A program made the translations under genes and the position numbers. This document shows, one piece after another, positions 19,278 to 29,555 of a DNA stretch of 32,000 nt (positions are counted from its first letter, which is position 1; each line of letters starts with the position of its first letter). The notes beneath the pieces were generated by a model that saw only the letters and a list, made by a program, of their open reading frames with translations, was not told the DNA's origin and did no database searches. This DNA comes from Vibrio vulnificus CMCP6 (GTDB lineage: Bacteria; Pseudomonadota; Gammaproteobacteria; Enterobacterales; Vibrionaceae), in contig NC_004460.2 in the NCBI RefSeq assembly GCF_000039765.1, positions 60,001-92,000 on the forward strand, written 5' to 3'.

Positions 19278-20397
19278 CACTGTGTTGGTGGTGGATGATA
19301 ACTCTGAAAATCGTTCTCTACTTAACGGGTTGCTCAGCTCAACCTATCGAGTATTGATTGCCACCAATGGTATGCAGGCGATTTCTGCGTGCCAGTCTCA
19401 CCTGCCGGATATTGTTCTTCTCGACATCATGATGCCAGAGATGGATGGCTATGAAGTGTGTCTTCAACTCAAAGCCGATCCCAGAACAGCGCACATTCCA
19501 ATTATCTTTCTGACCGCAAAATCACAGATTGAAGATGAGCAAAAAGGTTTCGACGTCGGAGCGGTGGATTACATCTTAAAACCGATCAGCCCGCCAATTT
19601 TAATGTCTCGCGTTCGGAATCACCTTAAACTCAAACACGCGATGGAGGAGCTGGCGCAGCAAAATACTGTTCTGGAAGACAAAGTGAAGGCCAGAACTCA
19701 TGAGCTGGAATCCTTGCAAGATGCCACCATTGGTGCGATGGCCTCTTTGGCAGAAACGCGTGACAATGAAACCGGCAATCACATTCGTCGGACTCAGCAC
19801 TATATTCGTTTGTTGGGCGAGCAACTGATTCGAGAAGGGCTGTTTTTAGACCAACTCAACGAGAGCACGTTGGATGTATTGTATAAGTCTGCCCCTTTGC
19901 ATGATATCGGCAAAGTCGGCATCCCTGATGAGGTATTGCTCAAACCCGGCAAGCTCACGGACGAGGAGTTTGAGATCATGAAAAGCCATACCGAGCTTGG
20001 TAAACTCGTGATCGAAACCGTGGAAGAGTCGATTGATTTTCAATGTGATTTCTTAATGTACGCCAAAGAAATTGCCTATTCTCACCAAGAAAAGTGGGAT
20101 GGTTCTGGCTATCCACAGAAAATCAAAGGGGAGGCGATTCCGCTGAGTGCCCGTATGATGGCGATTGCCGACGTGTATGATGCGCTGATTTCTCATCGTG
20201 TCTACAAACCTGCATTTAGCCATGAAAAAGCGGTATCGATCATTTCAGAGGGCAAAGGAAGCCATTTTGACCCACGAATCGTTGATTCGTTTATGAACAT
20301 TCATGAGCAATTTAGAGATGTCGCGGCAAGATTTAGCGATGACGAGCATCACCACCAAAACGCCGCTGAAATTACCCAGAAAACCAGTGCCAGATAA
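19261..20397 (+). CDS. Response regulator with HD-GYP output domain (predicted c-di-GMP phosphodiesterase)
   Basis: REC VLVVDDNSENRSLLNG...LLDIMMPEMDG; HD-GYP signatures HDIGKVGIPDEVLLKPGKL and HQEKWDGSGYPQKIKGE. Start at ATG 19261, overlapping the histidine kinase gene by 17 nt. Confidence 0.94.
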   Translation: MEGNRDTVLVVDDNSENRSLLNGLLSSTYRVLIATNGMQAISACQSHLPDIVLLDIMMPEMDGYEVCLQLKADPRTAHIPIIFLTAKSQIEDEQKGFDVGAVDYILKPISPPILMSRVRNHLKLKHAMEELAQQNTVLEDKVKARTHELESLQDATIGAMASLAETRDNETGNHIRRTQHYIRLLGEQLIREGLFLDQLNESTLDVLYKSAPLHDIGKVGIPDEVLLKPGKLTDEEFEIMKSHTELGKLVIETVEESIDFQCDFLMYAKEIAYSHQEKWDGSGYPQKIKGEAIPLSARMMAIADVYDALISHRVYKPAFSHEKAVSIISEGKGSHFDPRIVDSFMNIHEQFRDVAARFSDDEHHHQNAAEITQKTSAR

Positions 20398-20543
20398 CGT
20401 GAGTTTGTCAAAAGGAACTCATTGAATGTGATGGGTTTTGCTACTTATTTGCGCCTTGAGCAGCCATAGAATCTGCACGGTTTTGTGCTATCATGGCCAA
20501 CAATATTCCACACTCTTCTCTCATTTGTTGGCAGTGACAATTC

Positions 20544-21677
20544 ATGAAGTTCATCCATACCTCAGATTGGCATCTCGGACGCCAGTTTCACAACGTTTCA
20601 CTCCTTGATGATCAACGCGTCGTGCTCGACCAGTTAGTCAATTATATTCGAAATCATCCCGTTGATGCCGTTGTTGTTGCTGGCGATATTTTTGATCGCT
20701 CGGTGCCTCCTACTGCGGCCATCGAATTGCTCGGCAAAACGATTGATGAAATTTGTGGTGAGCTTGATACACCGATGATCCTGATTCCAGGCAACCATGA
20801 TGGTGCTGCGCGTTTGGGCTTTGGTGCCTCGCAAATGAAACCCTCAGGGCTGCATATCATTAGCCAGTTCTCACAAATGATCGAACCGGTTGTGCTTAAA
20901 AGTGAGAGGGCGGGCGAGGTGGCATTTTATGGCATGCCTTACAGCGATCCTGAACAAGTACGCGACGCATTTGGCGTGCTGGTGAGCAATTATGATGAGG
21001 CGCATCGCGTCTTGGTTGATGAAATTCGCCAGCATTTTGATCCCAAACAGCGTCAAGTGCTATTGAGCCACTGTTTTGTCGATGGGGCGCAGAGCAGTGA
21101 GTCGGAGCGTCCACTTTCCATCGGTGGATCTGACCGCGTTAGCTATGAGCATTTTTCCATTTTTGATTACGTCGCCTTAGGGCACCTGCACCAACCACAA
21201 AAGCGAGTGGAAGAACACATTCGTTATAGTGGTTCATTGATGAAATACAGTTTTTCTGAGCAGTTCCAGAAAAAAGGATTCATGTTAGTGGAGTTGGATG
21301 AAAACGGTTTTGTCTGCGCAGAGCATATTGCGCTCGATGCCCCTCATGACATGCGGGTGATTGAGGGCGAAATGAACGATATTCTCGAACAAGGTAAGCA
21401 AGATCCCAATTATCAGGACTATTTGCTTGTTCGCTTGCACGACAAACATGCCATTTTAAACCCGATGGAAAAGTTACGAGCGGTCTATCCCAATGTTCTT
21501 CATTTAGAAAAACCAGGGATGTTAATGAACGTAGAGCAAGGGTTATCGCAAGCTAAATTGGCTCGTAGCGAAGTTGACATGTTTCGTGATTTCTTTGCAC
21601 AAGCGCAGGACAACCCACTGAGCGAAACGCAAGATGCCGCGATTTGCCAGCTCATTCAACAATTGACCAAGTCTTAG
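20544..21677 (+). CDS. sbcD: Exonuclease SbcD
   Basis: 377 aa; MKFIHTSDWHLGRQFHNVSL...VVAGDIFDRSVPP...PGNHDGAARLGFG metallophosphoesterase motifs. Confidence 0.97.
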   Translation: MKFIHTSDWHLGRQFHNVSLLDDQRVVLDQLVNYIRNHPVDAVVVAGDIFDRSVPPTAAIELLGKTIDEICGELDTPMILIPGNHDGAARLGFGASQMKPSGLHIISQFSQMIEPVVLKSERAGEVAFYGMPYSDPEQVRDAFGVLVSNYDEAHRVLVDEIRQHFDPKQRQVLLSHCFVDGAQSSESERPLSIGGSDRVSYEHFSIFDYVALGHLHQPQKRVEEHIRYSGSLMKYSFSEQFQKKGFMLVELDENGFVCAEHIALDAPHDMRVIEGEMNDILEQGKQDPNYQDYLLVRLHDKHAILNPMEKLRAVYPNVLHLEKPGMLMNVEQGLSQAKLARSEVDMFRDFFAQAQDNPLSETQDAAICQLIQQLTKS

Positions 21678-21685
21678 GAATCGCG

Positions 21686-24600
21686 ATGAAACCACTCAAA
21701 CTTACCATGCAGGCGTTTGGTCCATTTGCTGAACGTGAAGTTATTGATTTTACCCAACTGGGTGAAAACCCACTGTTTCTAATTAATGGGCCCACAGGTT
21801 CGGGAAAAACCTCTATCTTGGATGCGATCAGTTTCGCCCTTTATGGCGAAACCACAGGCAATGAGCGCCAAGGTATGCAGATGCGTTCAGATTTGGCCTC
21901 TATCCATCTAGCCACGGAAGTGACGTTAGAGTTTCTGCTACACGGAAAACGCTATAAGGTGATTCGCCTGCCTGAGCAAGAGGCGGCAAAAGCGCGCGGT
22001 GAAGGCACCACCACCAAAAAACACACTGCCGCGCTTTATCTTTGCCAAGATGACGAAGAGCTGATCACCAGCAAAACGGCTGAAGTGAAAACGCGAGTGA
22101 CGGAATTGATTGGCTTGAACGAAACGCAGTTTCGCCAAGTCATGGTGTTGCCACAGGGAAAATTCCGCGATTTGCTGCTGGCGAGTTCCAAAGATCGTGA
22201 AGAGATTTTTGGCCAACTGTTCCAAACCGAAATTTACAAACGCATTGAATGGGCGCTAAAAGACAAAGCCAATGCGATTAGTAAAGCCAAAGAAGAGTTT
22301 GATAACCAAATTCGTGGGGCGCTAGAGGTGGCGGATGTCAGTGATGAGCAGGCGCTCAAAGAGGCGCTTGCAGACAAAAAAACGCAACTGATGCAGTGGC
22401 AAGAGACAGAGAAACACGCTCTCGAGCGTTACAATTCGGCCAAGCAATCCCTTTCCACGGCTAAGGCTCTGGTGGAGGATTTTAATAAACTGGCTTTGGC
22501 CAAAACGAATTTAGATGCCCATTTGGCGAAAAATGATCAGATGTTTCACTTGGCGCAAAAGCTGGAACAAGCACGACAAGCTCAGCAGCTTGACGCACCG
22601 TATCGCCAGTGGAAAAACGCACTCAATGATGTTCATGCTCAGCAAGGCAAAATTGACGAGCTTAACGCATCATTAAACATACTGTTGTTGCAGAGCAATG
22701 AGCTGGAACAACAGTGTTTGCAGGCGCAGAAAAATGCCGAACAAATTCCTCAGCTACAACAGCGAACGTATGAATTAGAGACGGTTAAAAGCAAGCTGGT
22801 GGAAAAAGCCCAGTTTGAACAAGAGATCATTCGTCTTGAAGAAGAAGTACAGAAATTTGCTCATCAATTAAAACGCGTGCAAGAACATAAAGTCGTGATG
22901 CAGCAGGAACTGACGTCCGCCATTGAAGCGTTTGAAAAGGCAAAGCAGCAAGCGGCAGAGATACCGAGACTTGAAGCGCGAGAGAGTGAGCTTAAGCGTC
23001 AGATCAGTGACTATGAACAATACCAGAATCTGAATACAGCGCTGCAGAATTTACTCACACAAACTGAACAAAAAGAGCAGTTACATCAGCAAGCCAAGCA
23101 GCATTGGCTCAACGCCCAACAGTCTGCGGATAGCATAGAACTGAGTTGGCATAATGGCCAAGCCGCTATTTTGGCTCAGCGCCTTCATCAAGGGGAAGCT
23201 TGCCCAGTTTGTGGTAGCCTCGAACACCCGCAAAAAGCGCAGTTTGTCGGTGAGCCTGTGCATAAACAGCAAGTAGAACAGGCCCGTGAGCAAGAAAAAA
23301 CCGCTCTCGCACAGCTCAATCAACATCACCAAGAGCTGGAGCTGCACCTTGCACAAGTTAAGCAACAGCAGAAAGCGATTGAGGAAAAAGCAACACAACT
23401 CGGTGAGCTGCTTAACAGCCCGTTAGAAACCTTGCAGGCGCAAGCTCTTGAAATCCATCACACACTCAAACAGCTGCAAGGGTTGGATCTCGCTCAGCAA
23501 GAAAGTCATGTTAAACAACTGACCGAGCGTTGTGCGAAGGGCGAGGAGATGGAAAAAGAACTCGCTCAGCAACATATTTCTAGCAGAGCAACGTTGAAAG
23601 AAAAAACGCAACAGTTGGCGAAGTTCAGCCAACAAATTGCCGCACAATTTAGCCATGTAGCCCAAGTTGAGCTGGAAATTGCGCAGCTCAAGCAACAAAC
23701 GACGGCTTTACAAACGGCAAAAGAGACGAGCCAAAAGCGTTTTGATGAGATTCAACAAACGCTTGCCGCGCGTCAAAGTGAAGTTAAGGCACACGGTGAG
23801 ATGTTGCTGCAGACTCAGCAGCGCAGTGAACAAAACCAAACTGCATGGTTGGAGGCGTTGTCTGCATCGTCATTTGACGATGAACCGCACTATTTGGCGT
23901 TGCGTGTCGAGCCAGAACAGATCGAACAATGGAAACGTGAGATTGAGCAACATCAACAGCAGGCGACACGTTTAGAGCAGAGTTATCACGACCTTAAAGA
24001 GCGTTTGAAAGATCAGCAAGCACCCGAGCTTGAGCAATTAGAGCTGTTGGTGACAACGACAGAACAGCAGTATCAACAGAACAAAAATGAGTTGGATGCG
24101 GTGCGTTCACTGGTGGCGAAGCTTGAGACCGTGCAAGCGAAGATTGCTGAACTGCACACGCATAATCATCGCCTTGAAGAAGAGTACAAGGTTTTTGGCA
24201 CACTCTACGATGTGGCAAGCGGCAAAACAGGCAGTCGCATTAGCTTGCACCGTTTTGTGTTAGGGGTGTTGCTGGATGATGTACTGATTCAAGCTTCGCA
24301 TCGTTTGGCATTAATGAGCAAAGGTCGCTACCAGTTAACGCGAAAAACCGAAGGGTTTAAGGGCACGGCGGGTCGCGGGCTCGATCTGATTGTGGAAGAC
24401 AGCTACACCGGAAAATCGCGTGATGTCGCCACACTCTCAGGTGGTGAATCGTTCATGGCCGCACTTTCCCTAGCACTGGGTTTATCGGATGTTGTTCAGT
24501 CATACAGTGGTGGCATTCGTTTAGAGACTTTGTTTATTGATGAAGGCTTTGGTAGCTTGGATCCTGAATCCCTTGATCTTGCGATTCAAACCTTGGTGGA

Positions 24601-24751
24601 GTTGCAGCAAACAGGCCGGATGATCGGGGTGATTTCCCATGTGTCAGAGTTGAAAGAACAAATGCAACAACGGATTGACGTGATACCGTCGCGAGTGGGC
24701 TCTTCGATTCGCCTTAAGTCCGCTTTTGCCGCTAATGCCTCAACAAGTTGA
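21686..24751 (+). CDS. sbcC: Exonuclease SbcC (SMC-like ATPase with zinc hook)
   Basis: MKPLKLTMQAFGPFAEREVIDF...NGPTGSGKTSILDAISFALYG, long Gln/Glu-rich coiled coils, CPVCGSLEHP hook, LSGGESFMAALSLALGLSD. Start ATG at 21686 (track extends to 21644). Confidence 0.97.
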   Translation: MKPLKLTMQAFGPFAEREVIDFTQLGENPLFLINGPTGSGKTSILDAISFALYGETTGNERQGMQMRSDLASIHLATEVTLEFLLHGKRYKVIRLPEQEAAKARGEGTTTKKHTAALYLCQDDEELITSKTAEVKTRVTELIGLNETQFRQVMVLPQGKFRDLLLASSKDREEIFGQLFQTEIYKRIEWALKDKANAISKAKEEFDNQIRGALEVADVSDEQALKEALADKKTQLMQWQETEKHALERYNSAKQSLSTAKALVEDFNKLALAKTNLDAHLAKNDQMFHLAQKLEQARQAQQLDAPYRQWKNALNDVHAQQGKIDELNASLNILLLQSNELEQQCLQAQKNAEQIPQLQQRTYELETVKSKLVEKAQFEQEIIRLEEEVQKFAHQLKRVQEHKVVMQQELTSAIEAFEKAKQQAAEIPRLEARESELKRQISDYEQYQNLNTALQNLLTQTEQKEQLHQQAKQHWLNAQQSADSIELSWHNGQAAILAQRLHQGEACPVCGSLEHPQKAQFVGEPVHKQQVEQAREQEKTALAQLNQHHQELELHLAQVKQQQKAIEEKATQLGELLNSPLETLQAQALEIHHTLKQLQGLDLAQQESHVKQLTERCAKGEEMEKELAQQHISSRATLKEKTQQLAKFSQQIAAQFSHVAQVELEIAQLKQQTTALQTAKETSQKRFDEIQQTLAARQSEVKAHGEMLLQTQQRSEQNQTAWLEALSASSFDDEPHYLALRVEPEQIEQWKREIEQHQQQATRLEQSYHDLKERLKDQQAPELEQLELLVTTTEQQYQQNKNELDAVRSLVAKLETVQAKIAELHTHNHRLEEEYKVFGTLYDVASGKTGSRISLHRFVLGVLLDDVLIQASHRLALMSKGRYQLTRKTEGFKGTAGRGLDLIVEDSYTGKSRDVATLSGGESFMAALSLALGLSDVVQSYSGGIRLETLFIDEGFGSLDPESLDLAIQTLVELQQTGRMIGVISHVSELKEQMQQRIDVIPSRVGSSIRLKSAFAANASTS

Positions 24752-24834
24752 GGTGGTAAGTGGGTGATAGCACATAGCCAGACGATCCGTTTGGGAGAAA
24801 TGTGCAGAGCAAATATTGCAGTATAAACAGACAG

Positions 24835-24880
24835 AATCACCTCGTGAGTTGAGACCAACGATCGAGGCGATTTATTTTCC
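24835..24880 (+). terminator. Probable intrinsic terminator after sbcC
   Basis: aatcacctcg ... cgaggcgatt (9 of 10 bp paired) followed by tttatttt. Confidence 0.55.
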
Positions 24881-25174
24881 CCATAACTTTCTTTTATCGA
24901 CTTATAAATTTAAGTCGATAATCAGTACTTCATTTTTATTGTCAGCATCAATTTTGGGTAGGCTTCTGATTTATTTACCTTCTTAATTTTCTAAGCTTAT
25001 TGTCCGGACGCGATATTGTTCATTATCCTATTGATCTTTATTGTATTTTCATTTGATTGTCATAAAGGGGTGAAAGTATAACTTTAATTTATATTATGAA
25101 TCCAAATGCTAATTGGTAATTAATTGGTCTGGTTGATATTTTGCCTCTATTATTGTCAATAATAAGGCGGGATA

Positions 25175-28100
25175 ATGTCTTTAAAAATAAAAAAAGCGAA
25201 AATCGGAATCGCTATATCAAGTTTGCTCTCCTCCATCTCACTTAATGCGACTACTTTGCCGTCTCCGGATTGGCATGAGTTTACCATGAGTGATGGATCG
25301 GTACGTGAAATGCGTTTAATGGGGAATCAAGCGTTAGCGTGGTACCAAGACCGTGAAGGCACCATTTATCTCTATCAAGGTGATACTTGGTACTACGGTA
25401 AATACGCAGAATTTGATGGTGAGGGCAGAGTGGTTTCAACCGATGTTGTTGTTACTCAAGCTTCGCAAAGTCCAGCGGCATCTAATTCATCACTTCACCC
25501 AGTAAAACCAGCTCGAATTAGCTTTGATGAAGGGTATTCATCAGACATCAACACAACGGAGCACCATGCTGTTGCTTTACGAATCCGTCAAGCAGATCAA
25601 CCTGTTACTCAACCTTTGCTTGTGGTTCAAGTCAGCTTTAATGATGAAGTGATGGTCAATGACTTTACTAACCGAATTTTTGGTCAGGATGGGCAAAGCG
25701 TTAGAGATTACTTTCTCAAAAACAGTTACAACAAGTACGTTGTTACTCCAGCACGAGAAACGCAAGGTACCGCGAATGATGGGGTGATTAACATTTCATT
25801 AGATATGGCGCATCCTGATTGTCACTCCAAAGAGGACAATACTTGTACCACTAGACAACGTGCCATTTTTACGGCGGCTTATGCCGAGCTTGATCAGTAT
25901 ATTGACCTGTCCACATATGACAGCAATGGTGATGGTTTTATCAAGCCCTCAGAACTCTCGGTGATGTTTGTGTTTGCGGGTTACGATGCTGCCGCTGGCG
26001 GTAATCGTCGACCTTACATTTGGCCTCATAAGTTTGCCCATAACAATGAAACCATCGATGGTGTCACCATCAATGCGTATTGCTTGTTTGCTGATTTTCA
26101 AGGCGACCACCAGTCAACAATGGGCGTTATTGCTCACGAACTCGGTCATTTGATGTTGGGTCTTCCAGATTTGTATTCTTATGAGCATGACGGTTCGATA
26201 GGTCATTGGGGTCTGATGGGCGGTGGTTCATGGGGCCGCAAACCTGGCGACCTTTATTCTGGCGACACGCCGGTCAATATGACAGCATGGAGCAAAGAAG
26301 CATCAGGCTTCTTGGAGCCAGATGTTTTAAACAGTAACCAAAGTTATACCGTCAACACCTCTCAAGGTGAAAGCGTCATCTATCTTGATCCTTACCTACA
26401 GAAAATGGGGCCAAGACTCTACTTGCAAAACCGCCGAAAAGTCGACTACGACAGAGCATTGCAAGGAGAAGGCCTGTTGGCGACCTCTGTGGTGATTGAC
26501 AACAAGTTCAACAGTACTGGTCCAATGCAGGTGCAAATATTCCAAGCGGACGGGCTAGATGAACTAAACGCAGGAGGCTGGAGTGACAATGGTGATGTTT
26601 TCCCAGGCAGCAGTAATGTCACCTTACTTTCTGATGACTCAACGCCTTCATTAAGGTTGAACACAGCTGGGCGCAATACCGGCATCACTATCAGTGACAT
26701 TGTCAGTACGAATCAGCATTCAACGTTGACACTGCAATTGCCGGATCAGCGTGGCAAACATGCATGGATGACCTCATTTGCACGTCAATATACGCAATAT
26801 GATCGCCGAATTAATGCACTCGGCTTTGCGGTGGATGTGCATTTTGAAAACACCTCATTAGATGGCATCCATTTTTATGCGCAGAAAAGTGATCAGACAC
26901 AGCCTATGGAATATAAGGTGACCAAATACCCTTATCAAACCAACTGGCGTGGAGATGTGACCTTTAAGGCGGAAGATGGCGTTGAAATTGCTCGTGGGCA
27001 ACTGAATTCCGATGGTGGACGGGCGATGTTCCCACAACCATTCGCACTGACACAAGAGCGTCACCTCATTGTGGTTGAGCTAACTAATGCAATTCCCGAA
27101 TTTTCAACTTCTTATTACGATGCTTATCTCAGCGATGGCATTCGCAAAGAACAGTTCTACGCCGACAATACCACGTTACAAGGTGGCCGAATGAACAGCT
27201 CGCGAGGTCGAAACTTCCCGTTTGCAGCTCTACTACAAACCCAAGTTAACCCGCTTCCTCAAGCTCTGGACGATCAATTCCAAGTTACCCAAGGCCAGAG
27301 TATACAGCTCAACTTAATGAACAATGATACCAACTTAATGCCTGGCCACAGTTTTCAGGTTGAGCTCATGACTCAGCCAAGCAAAGGCACCGTGAACGGA
27401 AAAGAGTATCAAGCTGATTTAGGAGCTGAAGGCGTCGATGAGTTCCAATATCGTTTGCGCGACAGTGAAGGAAACGTAAGTAACACAGCAAAAGTATCTG
27501 TTACTGTATTGGCGATTAACAAACCCCCGGTGATTTCGGCCAAAGTGGTTAATGACGTCGTGTACGTTGGAGGACTCGTTGAGCTGAGTGTTGACAAAGT
27601 GGAGGACGAAGATTCCAAAGCGTTTAGTTACCAATGGCAGCAAATTTCTGGTCCAAAAGTGACGCTACGTAATGGCCAACAGAAAACCAGCAGTTTTGTG
27701 GTTCCTGAAGGTGTGACAGCGAGTGATGTCATGCACTTCAAGGTCACTGTGACTGATGACGCCCAAAATGAAGTCAGCCAAAACGTAGAAGTGAAGGTGA
27801 ATAACCATCAGCCTGAAGCACAAAATGATCACGGCCAAATAAAAGCAGGGGAAGTAAACCGCTTTAGAGTGTTGGACAACGATATTGAGAAAGATGGAGA
27901 GACGCTCACTTTAACTCGGATCGTCTCTCAGCAAGGACTGGGTAAAGCGAGCCTCTCAGGAAATGAAATTGAATTCAGCGCACCAGCGACTTTCGGCAGT
28001 GAAACAAGCACAACGGTGACGTATGAGATCAAAGACCCTCAAGGACTGATGTCTCAAGCAACACTGATCATTCAGTTTGTTAAACCGAAGACTTTAGTGA

Positions 28101-29035
28101 TCGACAACATCACACTTGAGGGACGTGAAGATGAAAGTGTTATCCTCAATTTGCAGCAATTAGCAGGCAAAGGTGGAGAGGTTAAGATTGTTGAACTGCC
28201 GAAAAATGGACTGATTCACAATGGCCAATATGTACCTCAAGCGAACTTTGCTGGCAAAGATAGTTTCACGTTCCAAGTGACGAATGCCGAGGGGACAACT
28301 TCAAATATTGCAACGGTTTCAATCAATATTCTGCCGGTCAACGACTTACACACTTTTAGTGTTAAAGCCTCTAAGTTGCAAGTCAGTGCGGACGAGCGTA
28401 TTGAACTGTCGGTTGTGCAATTAAAAGACATTGATTCCAGCAACCACCAGTTCAATTGGAAACAAGTCTCTGGGCGCAAAGCGACAATACTTAATGCGGA
28501 TAAGTCGGTTGCAATCGTTGTGATTCCTTCTCAATCCGTTGGCAATGAAAAGCTTGTGTTCAGTGCAACGGTTCGTGACGAACAAGGAGAGGCGGTTACT
28601 CATAGTTTGACATTAACGGTACATGCCACGACGCCTAGTGTGAAGCAGGGCAAACTTAAGCTCAAGTTTGGTAACTCACTGAATGTGAAGCCTCTTGAAT
28701 CTGAATACAAAGGGAAGTTCCAACTGCGTATTACGCGCCCAGCAGAACATGGTGAAGTGCAAATTGTGAATCAGGAATTGATTTATCAAGCTCCGTCTCA
28801 AACAGCATTAACCATGATCGACAGATTCAACTATGAAGTTCTTTTTGATAACGGAGAGAGCAAGCAGGGATGGTTTGAAATAGAGTTGTCACCAACCAGC
28901 ACGATTTCTGGTCAAAATGATGATGCAGACAACCCACCAACAGGAGATTCAGGTGGTGAAGATGCGGGTTCTCTAGGCTTTGGATCGGCATGGCTAATGG
29001 CATTCGTTTTACTGTGGCGTAGAAGAAATAGCTAG
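25175..29035 (+). CDS. Secreted M6-family (immune inhibitor A-like) metalloprotease with tandem Ig/cadherin-like domains and GlyGly-CTERM-like anchor
   Basis: 1286 aa; signal peptide; zinc motif HELGHLMLGLPDLYSYEHDGSIGHWGLMGGG; EF-hand-like DSNGDGFIKPSE; repeats in the C-terminal half; tail SGGEDAGSLGFGSAWLMAFVLLWRRRNS. Confidence 0.9.
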   Translation: MSLKIKKAKIGIAISSLLSSISLNATTLPSPDWHEFTMSDGSVREMRLMGNQALAWYQDREGTIYLYQGDTWYYGKYAEFDGEGRVVSTDVVVTQASQSPAASNSSLHPVKPARISFDEGYSSDINTTEHHAVALRIRQADQPVTQPLLVVQVSFNDEVMVNDFTNRIFGQDGQSVRDYFLKNSYNKYVVTPARETQGTANDGVINISLDMAHPDCHSKEDNTCTTRQRAIFTAAYAELDQYIDLSTYDSNGDGFIKPSELSVMFVFAGYDAAAGGNRRPYIWPHKFAHNNETIDGVTINAYCLFADFQGDHQSTMGVIAHELGHLMLGLPDLYSYEHDGSIGHWGLMGGGSWGRKPGDLYSGDTPVNMTAWSKEASGFLEPDVLNSNQSYTVNTSQGESVIYLDPYLQKMGPRLYLQNRRKVDYDRALQGEGLLATSVVIDNKFNSTGPMQVQIFQADGLDELNAGGWSDNGDVFPGSSNVTLLSDDSTPSLRLNTAGRNTGITISDIVSTNQHSTLTLQLPDQRGKHAWMTSFARQYTQYDRRINALGFAVDVHFENTSLDGIHFYAQKSDQTQPMEYKVTKYPYQTNWRGDVTFKAEDGVEIARGQLNSDGGRAMFPQPFALTQERHLIVVELTNAIPEFSTSYYDAYLSDGIRKEQFYADNTTLQGGRMNSSRGRNFPFAALLQTQVNPLPQALDDQFQVTQGQSIQLNLMNNDTNLMPGHSFQVELMTQPSKGTVNGKEYQADLGAEGVDEFQYRLRDSEGNVSNTAKVSVTVLAINKPPVISAKVVNDVVYVGGLVELSVDKVEDEDSKAFSYQWQQISGPKVTLRNGQQKTSSFVVPEGVTASDVMHFKVTVTDDAQNEVSQNVEVKVNNHQPEAQNDHGQIKAGEVNRFRVLDNDIEKDGETLTLTRIVSQQGLGKASLSGNEIEFSAPATFGSETSTTVTYEIKDPQGLMSQATLIIQFVKPKTLVIDNITLEGREDESVILNLQQLAGKGGEVKIVELPKNGLIHNGQYVPQANFAGKDSFTFQVTNAEGTTSNIATVSINILPVNDLHTFSVKASKLQVSADERIELSVVQLKDIDSSNHQFNWKQVSGRKATILNADKSVAIVVIPSQSVGNEKLVFSATVRDEQGEAVTHSLTLTVHATTPSVKQGKLKLKFGNSLNVKPLESEYKGKFQLRITRPAEHGEVQIVNQELIYQAPSQTALTMIDRFNYEVLFDNGESKQGWFEIELSPTSTISGQNDDADNPPTGDSGGEDAGSLGFGSAWLMAFVLLWRRRNS

Positions 29036-29070
29036 GAAACCAGACATTCGGCAGTTCCCACTAACAGCAA

Positions 29071-29097
29071 AAGAAGAGGTGATTCACCTCTTCTTTA
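29071..29097 (+). terminator. Intrinsic terminator after the M6 protease gene
   Basis: aagaagaggtg-att-cacctcttctt followed by ta; 11-bp perfect stem. Confidence 0.75.
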
Positions 29098-29555
29098 TTG
29101 TCTGTTCAAAATAAAATCAACTGTAAACTTCGGCGATAATGCATTGAAATCCTTATTGTTTGCTGCGAAATATCTTGAACATCTCATTCATGAGAAAATT
29201 TCAGCTGTCAAGTTTATTTAGGGTATGACGTGCTAACTATCAGAATGAAGTTTTGTATGTGACCGTTGTCACATATTCATCAGTCGGTTTGCATAAAGAT
29301 TAATTCACAGTTCGAATAAATGCCTCATGATGATAATACTGCTCTTCCCATATGGGTTCAGGCTTGAGGAGAATTTTATTTACAATTTTATTACAAAGAA
29401 AAATACATCATATAAGCTGTGTTTATAGTTGCATAAACAATAGTTTTTTGTAACTCGCGTAGCGTATTGATATTTTTGTCTTGATTTTAAAAATCAGAAA
29501 TACCAAGTACACAAAAAAACTATAAAACTGGGTAACATCAAGGTAGATAGCTGTC

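Noticed and set aside
22400-24200. Repetitive Gln/Glu/Leu-rich stretch in sbcC considered as an unusual repeat protein
   Set aside because: This is the expected coiled-coil arms around the CPVCG zinc hook of SbcC.
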